A DNA stretch of 64,000 nt from Spirochaetota bacterium (GTDB taxonomy: Bacteria > Spirochaetota > UBA12135 > COTS27): assembly GCA_965249715.1 (NCBI GenBank), contig CBDFMP010000037.1, positions 711 to 64,710 of the forward strand, in the 5' to 3' direction. This document shows positions 19,909-29,618 of this stretch, piece after piece. The position numbers and the translations under genes were made by a program. Numbering within the stretch: position 1 is the first letter of the stretch; each line of letters opens with the position of its first letter. A model generated the notes under the pieces. That model saw nothing but the letters and a program-made list of their open reading frames with translations. It was not told the DNA's origin and did not search any database.

Positions 19909-22058
19909 TCTAACAGGAAGTCACGAATTCTGCGGTTTTGCAGAATTAGCAAATAGGATTTTTGTATGTTGTGGATCATTTTTTCAAACCAACCTGGATG
20001 GCGAACTACAGCTGCCTTATAAAAAGATGGGCATAAAACCGCTGCTTCAGCCACTTCACCACAGTTGCCGCAGGCTACACAGGAATTATCAATATGCGCA
20101 ATAGGGTCTTCTTTTAAGGGGTTGGGACTGTACGTTAATGTGAGTGAGGGACAGCCCGATAGGCGGATGCACTCGTGGTCGCCCGAACAGATCTTAGCAT
20201 CCACGCCAAAAATTTCTTTGACCACTCTTTGTTTTTGCGCTAAGCTTCGAGTCAATTGTTTTTTGGCCCTTCTTTGTTTAGTGAGCATACATTCAGATTG
20301 CGCAATGATAACCTTGGGGCCTTTTTGGGGTGTCGTCAATGCCCGTGTAAGCACTTTTACCATTTTGGCTACATCGTAAGTATTGTCTAAAAAGTCCACC
20401 CATTGTACACCGACGCCTCTTACCGCTTTTTCAATGGAGTTAAAGGTTTTGCGTATTGTGTTTTTGGATCGTGAGGAAGGAAGGTCTTGCCCTCCCGTTG
20501 CGGCTGCGTAGTTATTGTCGATGATAATAATAACGCCGTCATATTTGTTGAAGACGGCATTTGTAATGCCTGAGTTCAAGCCGTTATGCCAAAAGCCGCC
20601 ATCGCCCATAATGGAAATGGCTCTTTTTTGTTTTTCATTGACGTTAAGCTTATGAGCATTGAAAGCTGAGGCTGAAGACACTCCTAAGCCATAACCCATA
20701 GTGGAGGCGCCGATGTTGAACGGGGGGAGGATTGAAAACAGATGGCAGCCAATATCGCCAGTAATATGATGTTCTCCTAAATTTTCCTGTACCAGCTTCA
20801 ATGCTGCAAAGATGGGTCTTTCAGGACACCCTGTGCAGAAACCGGCGGGACGTACAGGAACGGATTGCTGTAGCAGGGTTTTTTCTTTTTGCGATAAACT
20901 GCTTTGCGGAGTACTTTCAGGTTGACGGACCGCAACAAAAGCACTTAAAAACTTTTTTAGTCCTTTTTCTAGCGCGTCAATGCTATAATCGCCTGCGGTT
21001 GGCAGAACGTTTTTTCCCCAAAGTTCTGTTGCGGATTTATTTTGAAAGAGAATTAAGCTCAGGCTTTGTTCCAAATAATTCGGCTGACCCTCTTCAATGA
21101 GCAATACCGCTTTTTTTCCTTTACAGAACTTCAATACTTCTTCAGGAATGATAGGGTAGGTTACATTCATGACGTATTGCGTAATTTTTGTATGCCCGAG
21201 GATGTCCGCCAAGCCTAGCCGCGATAATGCTCTGTTTAAATTGTTGTATAGTCCGCCCTGGACGATGATGCCAATATCTTTTCTTTCACCTTCATGAAAT
21301 TCATTTAAGCGATTTTTTTGGATATATTGAATGGCCCTGGGCATACGTGAACGTACTTTTTCCTGCTCCTGAATGAAAGACGCAGGGGGAAGCACAATCT
21401 TATTGATATCTCTTTGGGGATTATTCAAGCTTTCCGCTAAAGTATGTTTAGGGCTAACATTAGTTTTTGCTTTAAACTGCCCATATAGATGACAGCTCCT
21501 GACTCTGAGTTGGAGGATAACCGGGGTATTGCTGGCTTCGGATAGCGTAAACGAATGTTCAACAGCGGCAACAATGCTTTCCAAGTTGGGTTTTGGATCC
21601 AGCAGCCACATTTGCGATTTCATGGCAAAGGCATGTGTTCGTTCTTGCATAATGGACGAGCCTTCTCCGTAATCTTCCCCCACAATGATAATGGTGCCGC
21701 CTACAACACCACTGGATGAAAGATTGGACAAGGCATCGGAAGCAACGTTGGTACCAACGGTTGACTTCCAGGTTACCGCTCCGCGTACGGGGTACAGTAC
21801 CGAAGCTGCCAACATAGCGGCAGCGGCAGCTTCGGATGCTGAATTTTCAAAATAAACGCCCAGTTCTTTCAGCAGTGGTTCGGCATCGGCAAAGACGTCC
21901 ATGAGGTGGGAAATGGGGGCGCCTTGGTAGCCCCCCACATAAGCCACGCCGCACTGCAAGAGCGCTTTAGTGACGGCTAAGATGCCTTCACCGTGAAAAG
22001 TTTTACCTTCACCTATCCGTAAGGTTTCAACTTCTTTTTTAAAAGACCTTTCCGCCAT
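19905..22058 (-). CDS. iorA: indolepyruvate/aryl-2-oxoacid:ferredoxin oxidoreductase, alpha subunit (TPP and 4Fe-4S binding)
   Basis: 717 aa. TPP motif GDGGFWHNG...IIIIDNNY. C-terminal ferredoxin-like cysteines CVACGNCGEVAEAAVLCPS. Confidence 0.8.
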   Translation of the reverse strand: MAERSFKKEVETLRIGEGKTFHGEGILAVTKALLQCGVAYVGGYQGAPISHLMDVFADAEPLLKELGVYFENSASEAAAAAMLAASVLYPVRGAVTWKSTVGTNVASDALSNLSSSGVVGGTIIIVGEDYGEGSSIMQERTHAFAMKSQMWLLDPKPNLESIVAAVEHSFTLSEASNTPVILQLRVRSCHLYGQFKAKTNVSPKHTLAESLNNPQRDINKIVLPPASFIQEQEKVRSRMPRAIQYIQKNRLNEFHEGERKDIGIIVQGGLYNNLNRALSRLGLADILGHTKITQYVMNVTYPIIPEEVLKFCKGKKAVLLIEEGQPNYLEQSLSLILFQNKSATELWGKNVLPTAGDYSIDALEKGLKKFLSAFVAVRQPESTPQSSLSQKEKTLLQQSVPVRPAGFCTGCPERPIFAALKLVQENLGEHHITGDIGCHLFSILPPFNIGASTMGYGLGVSSASAFNAHKLNVNEKQKRAISIMGDGGFWHNGLNSGITNAVFNKYDGVIIIIDNNYAAATGGQDLPSSRSKNTIRKTFNSIEKAVRGVGVQWVDFLDNTYDVAKMVKVLTRALTTPQKGPKVIIAQSECMLTKQRRAKKQLTRSLAQKQRVVKEIFGVDAKICSGDHECIRLSGCPSLTLTYSPNPLKEDPIAHIDNSCVACGNCGEVAEAAVLCPSFYKAAVVRHPGWFEKMIHNIQKSYLLILQNRRIRDFLLE

Positions 22059-22099
22059 TTTTTGCCCTTACAGAAAAAGAAAAGTAAATAATGGAAAAG

Positions 22100-23503
22100 C
22101 TATCTTTTAAAAACAAGAAGCCTTAACACAGGATAACCAATAAGCGAAACCCCTAAGCTGGTAAGGAATTCAATCGGGATAACGGACGGTAGTACGTAGT
22201 GTGCTAGAACAGTCGCCAGCACAACGGTAATAACGCCTGCCCAGTTGACAATCTCATTCTTTTGAATTTCTTCCTCTATATTCAGCTGACGTTTTCTTAC
22301 GATATAATAATCCGCAATCATAATGCCTGCAAATGTAGTGGTTAAAACGCCTAAAATATTGATCCAGTCGTTCACCAGCGCTAGGATTTGCCCATAAAGC
22401 ATGAATAAACCAATAATATTGGCAAGGATGACAAACGTGACGCGCCCGGGTTTCCATGAAGTCAGTGCATCAAAGAGGTTGGTTAAGGAGAGCGATGCGC
22501 TGTACGTGTTTAACACCTGAGCCTTGCCCTGTGCCAACACCATTAGGATCGTCCCAAGGAACCCGCCGATAAGGATAAATACTGCCGTTACACCATCAGG
22601 GCTAAGCGCCAGTTGACCAGCAGCTTGCGGATCCATGCCGCGGCCAATGTAGTGATTGACTAACTCAGTACCGCCTGCGTCCATCATAACGCCGCCTACA
22701 AAGACCATCGCAATGCTCATGGCTGCATTGGCAATGAACGCAGCAATGGTAATATCTTTTGTGGATCTGGCGTAACGCCCCATATCGGCATCCACCAAAG
22801 CCAATGCCCCCGCTGAGCCGATCAGCAGGTTGATGCCGAAAATATATTTGCCGGCTACGGTGTGTGCACCCATTGCCAGCAAGTCTTTTTCGGGGAAGCG
22901 CGGTGCAATCGCCCAAATGCTGCCGTCGCCGCCGTATTTATTCACAATCACCCAGGTAACATATACCAGGACAAATAAGAACGCTATCAGCGTGACCGAT
23001 GAAACCTGCGCGACCAACTTAAAGCCATAAGCGGTTAAGAGGATCCAGGTGATGGTTAGGAGACCATAAATAATGATCGCATTGAGGATGGTATCCGGCA
23101 GGTTAAATGCAAAAATAAATCCCTTGTAGAGCAAGGCATTTTCAAGCGCCAAAAAGCCGATGATCATGAATGCGAAGATAAGCGATGCAATAATGGATCC
23201 CTTTTTTCCAAATCCTAAAAAGCGTGCCATGACGGTGCTGGAAAAGCCCGTTTTATACGCCAAGTGTCCGGTAATGGATCCCAGCGTGCCGCCTACAAGC
23301 GTTACCAGCACACCGCAGATAAGCGCAATTTTAATACCTGCAACATAAGTCAGCAGCGCACCAAAAAAGATAATGATGAGCGTTGTACAAATGCCTGCAG
23401 TGTTCCATGTAAGTGCCAGCCAATTTTTGCGTTCACTTTCAGGAACAGGCTCCAGTGCATGATCCTCCATGACCGCTTTAATGTTTTTAGTTTTTTGTTC
23501 CAT
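22100..23503 (-). CDS. NCS1-family permease (purine-cytosine/hydantoin-type)
   Basis: 467 aa, about 12 hydrophobic segments. The N-terminal cytoplasmic tail followed by NWLALTWNTAGICTTLIIIFFG is typical of CodB/NCS1 carriers. Confidence 0.65.
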   Translation of the reverse strand: MEQKTKNIKAVMEDHALEPVPESERKNWLALTWNTAGICTTLIIIFFGALLTYVAGIKIALICGVLVTLVGGTLGSITGHLAYKTGFSSTVMARFLGFGKKGSIIASLIFAFMIIGFLALENALLYKGFIFAFNLPDTILNAIIIYGLLTITWILLTAYGFKLVAQVSSVTLIAFLFVLVYVTWVIVNKYGGDGSIWAIAPRFPEKDLLAMGAHTVAGKYIFGINLLIGSAGALALVDADMGRYARSTKDITIAAFIANAAMSIAMVFVGGVMMDAGGTELVNHYIGRGMDPQAAGQLALSPDGVTAVFILIGGFLGTILMVLAQGKAQVLNTYSASLSLTNLFDALTSWKPGRVTFVILANIIGLFMLYGQILALVNDWINILGVLTTTFAGIMIADYYIVRKRQLNIEEEIQKNEIVNWAGVITVVLATVLAHYVLPSVIPIEFLTSLGVSLIGYPVLRLLVFKR

Positions 23504-23574
23504 TTTTGATAACCTAAATAAAGTTTTAATAAAAAATAAAAAAAGTCCTAAAGTGCAGTATTGCCTTTAGTACG

Positions 23575-24348
23575 TTATTCAACCAAAGCAAGTACTCGCA
23601 ATGGACTGCCTGAACCTTGTTCTATTTTTAACGGTGCAGCAACGATGACTGCGCCCTTAGCGGGCAATTGATCTAAATTTCGCAGACATTGCAAGCCGTA
23701 CTTTCCCGCTCCGTGCATGAGCGTATGACAGGGGAGCTGCATTTCCCAAGTAAAAGACATGCCAGCATCCGTGTTGATGGTTTCAACGCCAAATCCTAAA
23801 ACGTCTTTTTCAATCATGTATTCCACAGCTTCTTTATCGGGACCGGGCGTATGATTAAGTCCATCTGAACCTGTATTTAAAAAGTCGGGACCTAATGATC
23901 TTTTATGCCAATCCGTTCTGAATAACACCCATTCACCAGCTTGCAAAGCTCCATTTGTTTCTTCCCAAGCTTGAATGAATGATTTTGTTAAAATAAAATC
24001 GGGGTTATCAGCAACTTCTTTTGCGGCATTGAGCACGCTGGCACCTGCCAGAAAATGTTTGCTCACTAAGGTGTCAACCGAATTATTGGCATGGTCTTTA
24101 CCTGTGACCCAGTGAATGGGTGCGTCAAAATGCGTGCCCGTGTGTTCTCCGCAAGTAAAATTGTTCCAATACCACCCGGGCCCCTTGTCGTCATATTTGG
24201 ATATTTGTGTCTTTGAAAATGGCACTACTTGACCAAATTCGGGGGGAAGCTGTAAAGCTGGAAATGCCTCATTCAATGTATGAGTCAAATCGACAACCTT
24301 AACTTGGTTGGTTTGAATGGTTTTTGTTAACTCTTGTAAAATCTTCAT
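23575..24348 (-). CDS. cyclase-family metallohydrolase (kynurenine-formamidase/isatin-hydrolase-like)
   Basis: 257 aa. HxGTHxDxPxH motif present as GEHTGTHFDAPIHW. Confidence 0.75.
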   Translation of the reverse strand: MKILQELTKTIQTNQVKVVDLTHTLNEAFPALQLPPEFGQVVPFSKTQISKYDDKGPGWYWNNFTCGEHTGTHFDAPIHWVTGKDHANNSVDTLVSKHFLAGASVLNAAKEVADNPDFILTKSFIQAWEETNGALQAGEWVLFRTDWHKRSLGPDFLNTGSDGLNHTPGPDKEAVEYMIEKDVLGFGVETINTDAGMSFTWEMQLPCHTLMHGAGKYGLQCLRNLDQLPAKGAVIVAAPLKIEQGSGSPLRVLALVE

Positions 24349-24372
24349 GGTCCTGACCTTGTAAATTTTAAT

Positions 24373-26682
24373 TTAATTGTTAAATTGGTGTGATTTTGGT
24401 TTGCACCTAAACTTCATTTCTTCTAATTCTTTTCTTTGCGTTTCCATATAAGGAAACAAATGTGTCATACCGGGATGGTAAGGTTTTGGAATATTGACTT
24501 CATCCTTATGCCCCTCGTAAGCTTGTGCCTTGTGAACAAAAAAAGGATCCAGCAACAAAGGCCTTCCCAATGCTATGATGTCGGCGCGCTCATTGAGTAG
24601 TAAGGTATTGATTTGATCGATGTTTTGAATCTGTCCCGCTGTTATGGTTGGGATGCCGAGTGAAGTTTTAATGGCTTCCGAAAACGGACTTTGCCACATT
24701 CTCCCGGTTAGTGGTTTTTGGTGTTCAACTGTATTGCCAGTGGTCACGTTAATAATATCTGCGCCGTGCTGCATGAATAAGCTTGCAACTGTAAAAGCTT
24801 CTTCCTGCGTAAGGCCGCCTTCTGCCCAATCCGTAACGCTGATGCGTACAGAAATTGTCGCATGGTTTTGGACAATAGCCTTAATGCTTTTCAGCACTTC
24901 AATAGGGAATTTCATTCTGTTTTCAATAACACCGCCAAATTCGTCTGTTCTTTTATTGGTCAAAGGCGAGATGAAAGAAGCGAGTAAAAACCCGCTGTGC
25001 GCCTGCAGTTCAATCAGCTCAAAACCCGCTTCTAGTGCATGCTGAGCGGCAGCTTTAAAGTCTTGGATGATGCGCTGCATTCCCGGTGGCGTCAATTCTT
25101 CAGGCACTGGAAGGTGGGCATTATAAGCGATTGGGGAAGCTGAAAACAATGTTCCCGTAAAGTTTTTAAGCGGCGTTAATTGCCCGCCGCCGATAGACGC
25201 ACAACCTCCTTTCCGTCCACAATGTCCCAGTTGAATGCCAATTTTGCTATGGGTATGCTGATGAATAAAAGCTACAATTTTTTTCCAAGCAACAACCTGT
25301 TCTTTATTCCAGATGCCCGCACAATAGGGTGTAATTCTTCCTGCTGCAGAAACAGCAGTCATTTCTGTAAGTATGAGCCCCACTCCGCCAATGGCTCTAG
25401 TGGTGTAGTGCGTAAAATGCCAATCATTGATTAACCCGGCTTTTGCACAGTACTGCCCCATAGCCGTCATGGCAATGCGGTTTTTCAGGTTGATCGTTCC
25501 TATTTTAACAGCAGTGAAGGCTGGTGAACAATTTTCAGCTTTGACGTGATGTTTTTTATTGAAAGCTTGAATTATGCGGCGAGCATAATTTGGGTCTCTT
25601 CGTGCCTGATTTTCAATCGTTATTTTTTTACTGCGCGACATGAGGCTGAAACTAAAAGCATCAAAGTCCAAGGTCATATGCCTGTCCATGGCTTCAAACC
25701 AGTTGAGCGATACAGTAGCCGCATGTTGTATTTTACCAACTGCTATGCGTCTGGTCTGTTCGTATTCTGCAAAGACTTTATTCAGCTCAGTTGGATTGTT
25801 GACCACTGCATTTGACAATGCTATGGCACAGTCCATTGCTAATTTAGTGCCTGAGCCTATGGAATAATGAGCGGTGGCTTTGGCGTCTCCAAGCAGGACA
25901 ACATTATCAAAGTACCACACTTTGTTCTCAATATGTGGAAACTGCCGCCAATGTGACTTGTTAGTGATTAGCTTATGCCCGTCCAGTTCTTCCTGATAGA
26001 TGCTTTCCAGTCGACTGGCACTGTCTTTTTCGTCCGTGACAGTAAAACCTGCGTTATCGAAAGTTTGTTGGCTACACTCAAAGATCCACGTACTGTGCCC
26101 TTTTTCGTATTGGTAAGTATGGGCACAAAAGGCACCATGTTTTGTGCTTTTAAAAAAATAGGAAAAAGCAGGTAAGGGTTTGGTGGAGCCGCACCATAAA
26201 AAGCGATTGTTTTTCAGCTCTATTGTTGTACCAAACTTCTTTTGATATTTTGTGCGAAGTGTTGAACTGATCCCATCGGCAGCTAAGATCAAATCTTGGT
26301 CTTTTAGCGCGGATAAATCATCAATTTTTGTATTGAAATGTAATTGTACGCCTTCTTCACGGCATCGTTGGTGCAGAAGCAGGAGCAATGTCTTTCTGGA
26401 ACATCCACAGAAACCATTTCCTTTTATTCGTACTTTTTCGCCATTTCTGACGATGTCCAAATTGTCCCAATAAGCAAAGTTATTCCTGATCAAGTCATAA
26501 GACTTTAGGTCATAAGACAAAAACTCGGCTAAGGTTTCATCGGAAAACACGACCCCAAATCCGAAAGCATCATCATGAGCGTTTTGTTCGAAGACCTGTA
26601 TTTCACAGTTGGGCAGTCTTTTTTTAGTGAGTATTGAAAAATACAATCCCCCCGGACCACCACCTATGACTGATATTTTCAT
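24373..26682 (-). CDS. bifunctional aryl-CoA 5-hydroxylase/old-yellow-enzyme reductase (salicylyl-CoA 5-hydroxylase / 2-aminobenzoyl-CoA monooxygenase-reductase family)
   Basis: 769 aa. N-terminal FAD monooxygenase (MKISVIGGGPGGLYFSIL...FGFGVVFSDETL...GFCGCSRKTLL). C-terminal OYE-type domain (LKNRIAMTAM...GGVGLILTEMTAVS..GRITP...QLGHCGRKG). Confidence 0.8.
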   Translation of the reverse strand: MKISVIGGGPGGLYFSILTKKRLPNCEIQVFEQNAHDDAFGFGVVFSDETLAEFLSYDLKSYDLIRNNFAYWDNLDIVRNGEKVRIKGNGFCGCSRKTLLLLLHQRCREEGVQLHFNTKIDDLSALKDQDLILAADGISSTLRTKYQKKFGTTIELKNNRFLWCGSTKPLPAFSYFFKSTKHGAFCAHTYQYEKGHSTWIFECSQQTFDNAGFTVTDEKDSASRLESIYQEELDGHKLITNKSHWRQFPHIENKVWYFDNVVLLGDAKATAHYSIGSGTKLAMDCAIALSNAVVNNPTELNKVFAEYEQTRRIAVGKIQHAATVSLNWFEAMDRHMTLDFDAFSFSLMSRSKKITIENQARRDPNYARRIIQAFNKKHHVKAENCSPAFTAVKIGTINLKNRIAMTAMGQYCAKAGLINDWHFTHYTTRAIGGVGLILTEMTAVSAAGRITPYCAGIWNKEQVVAWKKIVAFIHQHTHSKIGIQLGHCGRKGGCASIGGGQLTPLKNFTGTLFSASPIAYNAHLPVPEELTPPGMQRIIQDFKAAAQHALEAGFELIELQAHSGFLLASFISPLTNKRTDEFGGVIENRMKFPIEVLKSIKAIVQNHATISVRISVTDWAEGGLTQEEAFTVASLFMQHGADIINVTTGNTVEHQKPLTGRMWQSPFSEAIKTSLGIPTITAGQIQNIDQINTLLLNERADIIALGRPLLLDPFFVHKAQAYEGHKDEVNIPKPYHPGMTHLFPYMETQRKELEEMKFRCKPKSHQFNN

Positions 26683-26770
26683 AACAACAGCTCAAAACTT
26701 AAAAGCACTACTGCCACCAAACACCCTGCCTGCATCCTCTGCAACCCGAGCGAGCAGGGTGATGGCAAAA

Positions 26771-28264
26771 TTAACTATGAAAACTAGCTGCCCTTCCCTT
26801 ATGGAAGCGTTTAGCTTTTTTGTTAATAATTTTTTTGTAGTCTTTCGCACTTGCTGGAACATTCCATTGATTGAAAAGCTTAAAGGTGCTTAAATTCATT
26901 TTAAGATCTTCCAGCAACTCATCAACATGATGCATTGAAAAAGGAATAATATTGGTTCCTCTTGCATTTTTCCCAAGTGTCCTAGCTTTTGACCAGGCAA
27001 GTTTCCGTTTGGTTGCCCTTATCATTTCTGCCTGACCAGGTAGTGAAAATCCGCTGGTAAAGTACTCCGCCATCCATAAGGCACCAACTTCTGAACTCAA
27101 GGGGCTGTAGAATGATGAGTTATAACCGTTAAAACCTAAATGCTGTGTTCCAATAGGAAGTTGGTTTTTATATAAGAAAAAATCCTTATTTTCATCAAAA
27201 AGCAGTGTGTCGATTGATTTGTCCAGAAAAGGAACCTCCTGCTTGAAGCCAGTTCCGCAAATAATAATGTCTGCAGGAATTTCTTCTCCGTTTGCTAAAA
27301 CAAGACCCCGGGAATTGAGCTTTTTAATGTCAGTTTTTTTCACGACAACTGACCCGTCACCAACTTTTTCAAAAAAACCGGCTGTAACCTGACTGACATT
27401 TGCCCGCGTGATTGTCTCGAACTTAGTGCCCGGATGGAGGCCGCGTTTCCTCAGTTTCAACTGTTTTTCAATGTGCTTTTCAATAGAATTGACGAGAAAA
27501 TTCCTTACCGGTTTGCCAAGAGTGTGCAGGAATTTAGGAAATCCTTTAAGATCAATATACTTGATCAAGTTTTCTCCCATACGCGTTAAAAACAAGTACT
27601 TGAAATTAAGGAAGCCAAAAAATATTCGCGGCAATTTCCAGATAATTTCGCGCGCGACAACGGTCATAGACTTGGCAATTGGCGCAAGTGCATTGGCGAC
27701 ATCGCATGAAGATTTGCCGAACCCAATGACAACTATATTTTTTCCTTCGGCATCACTTTCATTATGAAATTGCGTGGTGTGGACAATTTTGCCGCCAGAA
27801 CTTTTAAAAGTTTCTGCACCATTAAAATTCGGAATAAAGGGCTTACAAAATATGCCATTGCAAATGATCAGATAATCATAGACATCTACACCATCTTTCT
27901 GATTGGGCGAGCGCCATTTCACTATCCACTTATTTTTTCTTTCCTGATGGGCTGATGTGACCTCAGTGTTAAATCTAATCAACCGCCGTAAATCTTGTTT
28001 ATCTGTGTAGCTTTCAAGGTAATTCTGAACTTGTTTTCCTGAAGGCCATTCGGGATACTGTTTAGGCATTTTTAAATCAGCCAAATAGTAGGTATCCTTA
28101 GTGTTTTGCGTGGATAACCCAGGGTAACGTTGGGACGTAGCCCAAACACCGCCCACTTCTTTATCTTTTTCATACACAGTCACATCAAAGCCATAAAGCT
28201 TGAATATGTTAGCAGTTGATAAACCTGCAAAGCCTGCGCCAATAATCCCAATTTTCTTTTTCAT
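26771..28264 (-). CDS. flavin-containing monooxygenase (class B, FMO-like)
   Basis: 497 aa. FAD motif IGIIGAGFAGL. Second dinucleotide motif VVIGFGKSSCD. Confidence 0.7.
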   Translation of the reverse strand: MKKKIGIIGAGFAGLSTANIFKLYGFDVTVYEKDKEVGGVWATSQRYPGLSTQNTKDTYYLADLKMPKQYPEWPSGKQVQNYLESYTDKQDLRRLIRFNTEVTSAHQERKNKWIVKWRSPNQKDGVDVYDYLIICNGIFCKPFIPNFNGAETFKSSGGKIVHTTQFHNESDAEGKNIVVIGFGKSSCDVANALAPIAKSMTVVAREIIWKLPRIFFGFLNFKYLFLTRMGENLIKYIDLKGFPKFLHTLGKPVRNFLVNSIEKHIEKQLKLRKRGLHPGTKFETITRANVSQVTAGFFEKVGDGSVVVKKTDIKKLNSRGLVLANGEEIPADIIICGTGFKQEVPFLDKSIDTLLFDENKDFFLYKNQLPIGTQHLGFNGYNSSFYSPLSSEVGALWMAEYFTSGFSLPGQAEMIRATKRKLAWSKARTLGKNARGTNIIPFSMHHVDELLEDLKMNLSTFKLFNQWNVPASAKDYKKIINKKAKRFHKGRAASFHS

Positions 28265-28282
28265 GATATATTTCCGTACAAA

Positions 28283-28319
28283 TTTTATGGAGAGCTAATT
28301 TTTTTATGGAGAGCTAATT
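28283..28319. repeat. 18-bp direct repeat x2 (ttttatggagagctaatt) between the SDR stop and the FMO start
   Basis: Copies at 28283-28300 and 28302-28319, identical, with 1-nt spacing. Confidence 0.85.
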
Positions 28320-28362
28320 TTAAACTGATTTGTTATGTTGTTTGGTTGATTGCAGCACCAGC

Positions 28363-29148
28363 TTAATCTTTCTGCAAGATGGGAAATAATGGAGTATGCC
28401 CCTCAGGACCCATGGCTGAGTAGCCCCCGTCAACAGGTATTTCTCCGCCGGTCATGTAAGAAGCCTGGCTGCTTGCAACAAAAGCAGCTACCCTTGCCAC
28501 TTCTACACCATCTGCCACCCGTGACATCAGGTTAAACGGAGAGACTGCTTGATCAGCGTGAGAACGATCGTTTTTGGTTAAACCTTCAAAAGGTGCAGAC
28601 CAGATATGTCCCAATCTTAACAAGTTCACCCTGATCTTATCCTGCGCATATTCTACTGCTTGTGTTTTTGTTAAATGCAATAACGCAGCTTTTGAAATGG
28701 GATAGGCCCACCTGCCAATGTGTGGATAACAACCTGATATTGAGCCAATATTGACGATGCAGCCCTGTGTTTTTTTGAGATGAGGCCTGCATTTCTCGCC
28801 TAAAATAGCAGCTGATACTATGTTGACGTTGAGCGTTGCCAGCCAAGTCTTCCTATCCGTTGCTGCCCCGTCATCACCATAAGAGCACGCATTATTGATT
28901 AAAATATCTATTTTCCCGAACTTAGCCAGAGTTTGCGCTATCAATGCGTCCAGTTCCGCGTCAATGGATATATCCGTACTGAGCAATAATGCCTGCGACA
29001 GTTCCGCTTGCTGTTTAGCCTGTTCAATGGATCCCCTTGCGGCAATGGCAACCTTGCAGCCCCTCTTGATAAATTCTTTTGAAAGCTCACCACCAATGGA
29101 CGCTGCACCCCCGGTAATGATGACTACTTTGTTCGCTAAATCTTCCAT
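28363..29148 (-). CDS. short-chain dehydrogenase/reductase (SDR)
   Basis: 261 aa. Cofactor motif VIITGGAASIGGE. Catalytic YxxxK present as YPISKAAL. Confidence 0.85.
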   Translation of the reverse strand: MEDLANKVVIITGGAASIGGELSKEFIKRGCKVAIAARGSIEQAKQQAELSQALLLSTDISIDAELDALIAQTLAKFGKIDILINNACSYGDDGAATDRKTWLATLNVNIVSAAILGEKCRPHLKKTQGCIVNIGSISGCYPHIGRWAYPISKAALLHLTKTQAVEYAQDKIRVNLLRLGHIWSAPFEGLTKNDRSHADQAVSPFNLMSRVADGVEVARVAAFVASSQASYMTGGEIPVDGGYSAMGPEGHTPLFPILQKD

Positions 29149-29588
29149 AGTTAATCCTCCTGTAACGATAAATGATAATTGTTTTGATTAATTAAAAGTA
29201 TTTCTGTGTGTAAAATCAAATGATACTATTGAAACACTAAGTCTAGAAACTAAAATTTTTAAGCTCATTAAAAAACTTATTTTTAGGTTTAATGAATAAT
29301 ATCATTATATGTTTTTGTTTTTGCCTGAAATTTTTATTGAAAATTAAATTAATGACACAAATGAATAAAATTTTATAGCTAATGTGCAAGTTATCATGCA
29401 AGAAACTAAAATAAATAATACAATTAAAAGTAGTTTGTTACACAAAACAATAAATTTTTACGGCAAATAAGCAAATTAGTGAAAAATCTAGAAAAACAAT
29501 GATACAATTAAAAATAGTTTTTTAGTTTTTTGAAAAAAAATTCTGTATTTTTTATTTTTATTTAAAATTTTTATATAAAAATGAGTGT
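29149..29588. promoter_or_regulatory. 440-bp very AT-rich divergent control region between the two catabolic operons
   Basis: No ORF. Repeated motifs: atacaattaaaaRtagtttKtta at 29418-29440 and 29502-29524 (21/23 identical); tctagaaa(c) at 29242 and 29487; agaaactaaaat at 29245 and 29401. Confidence 0.45.
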
Positions 29589-29618
29589 TTGTTAAATATT
29601 ATAACTTTAATCGTGCAA

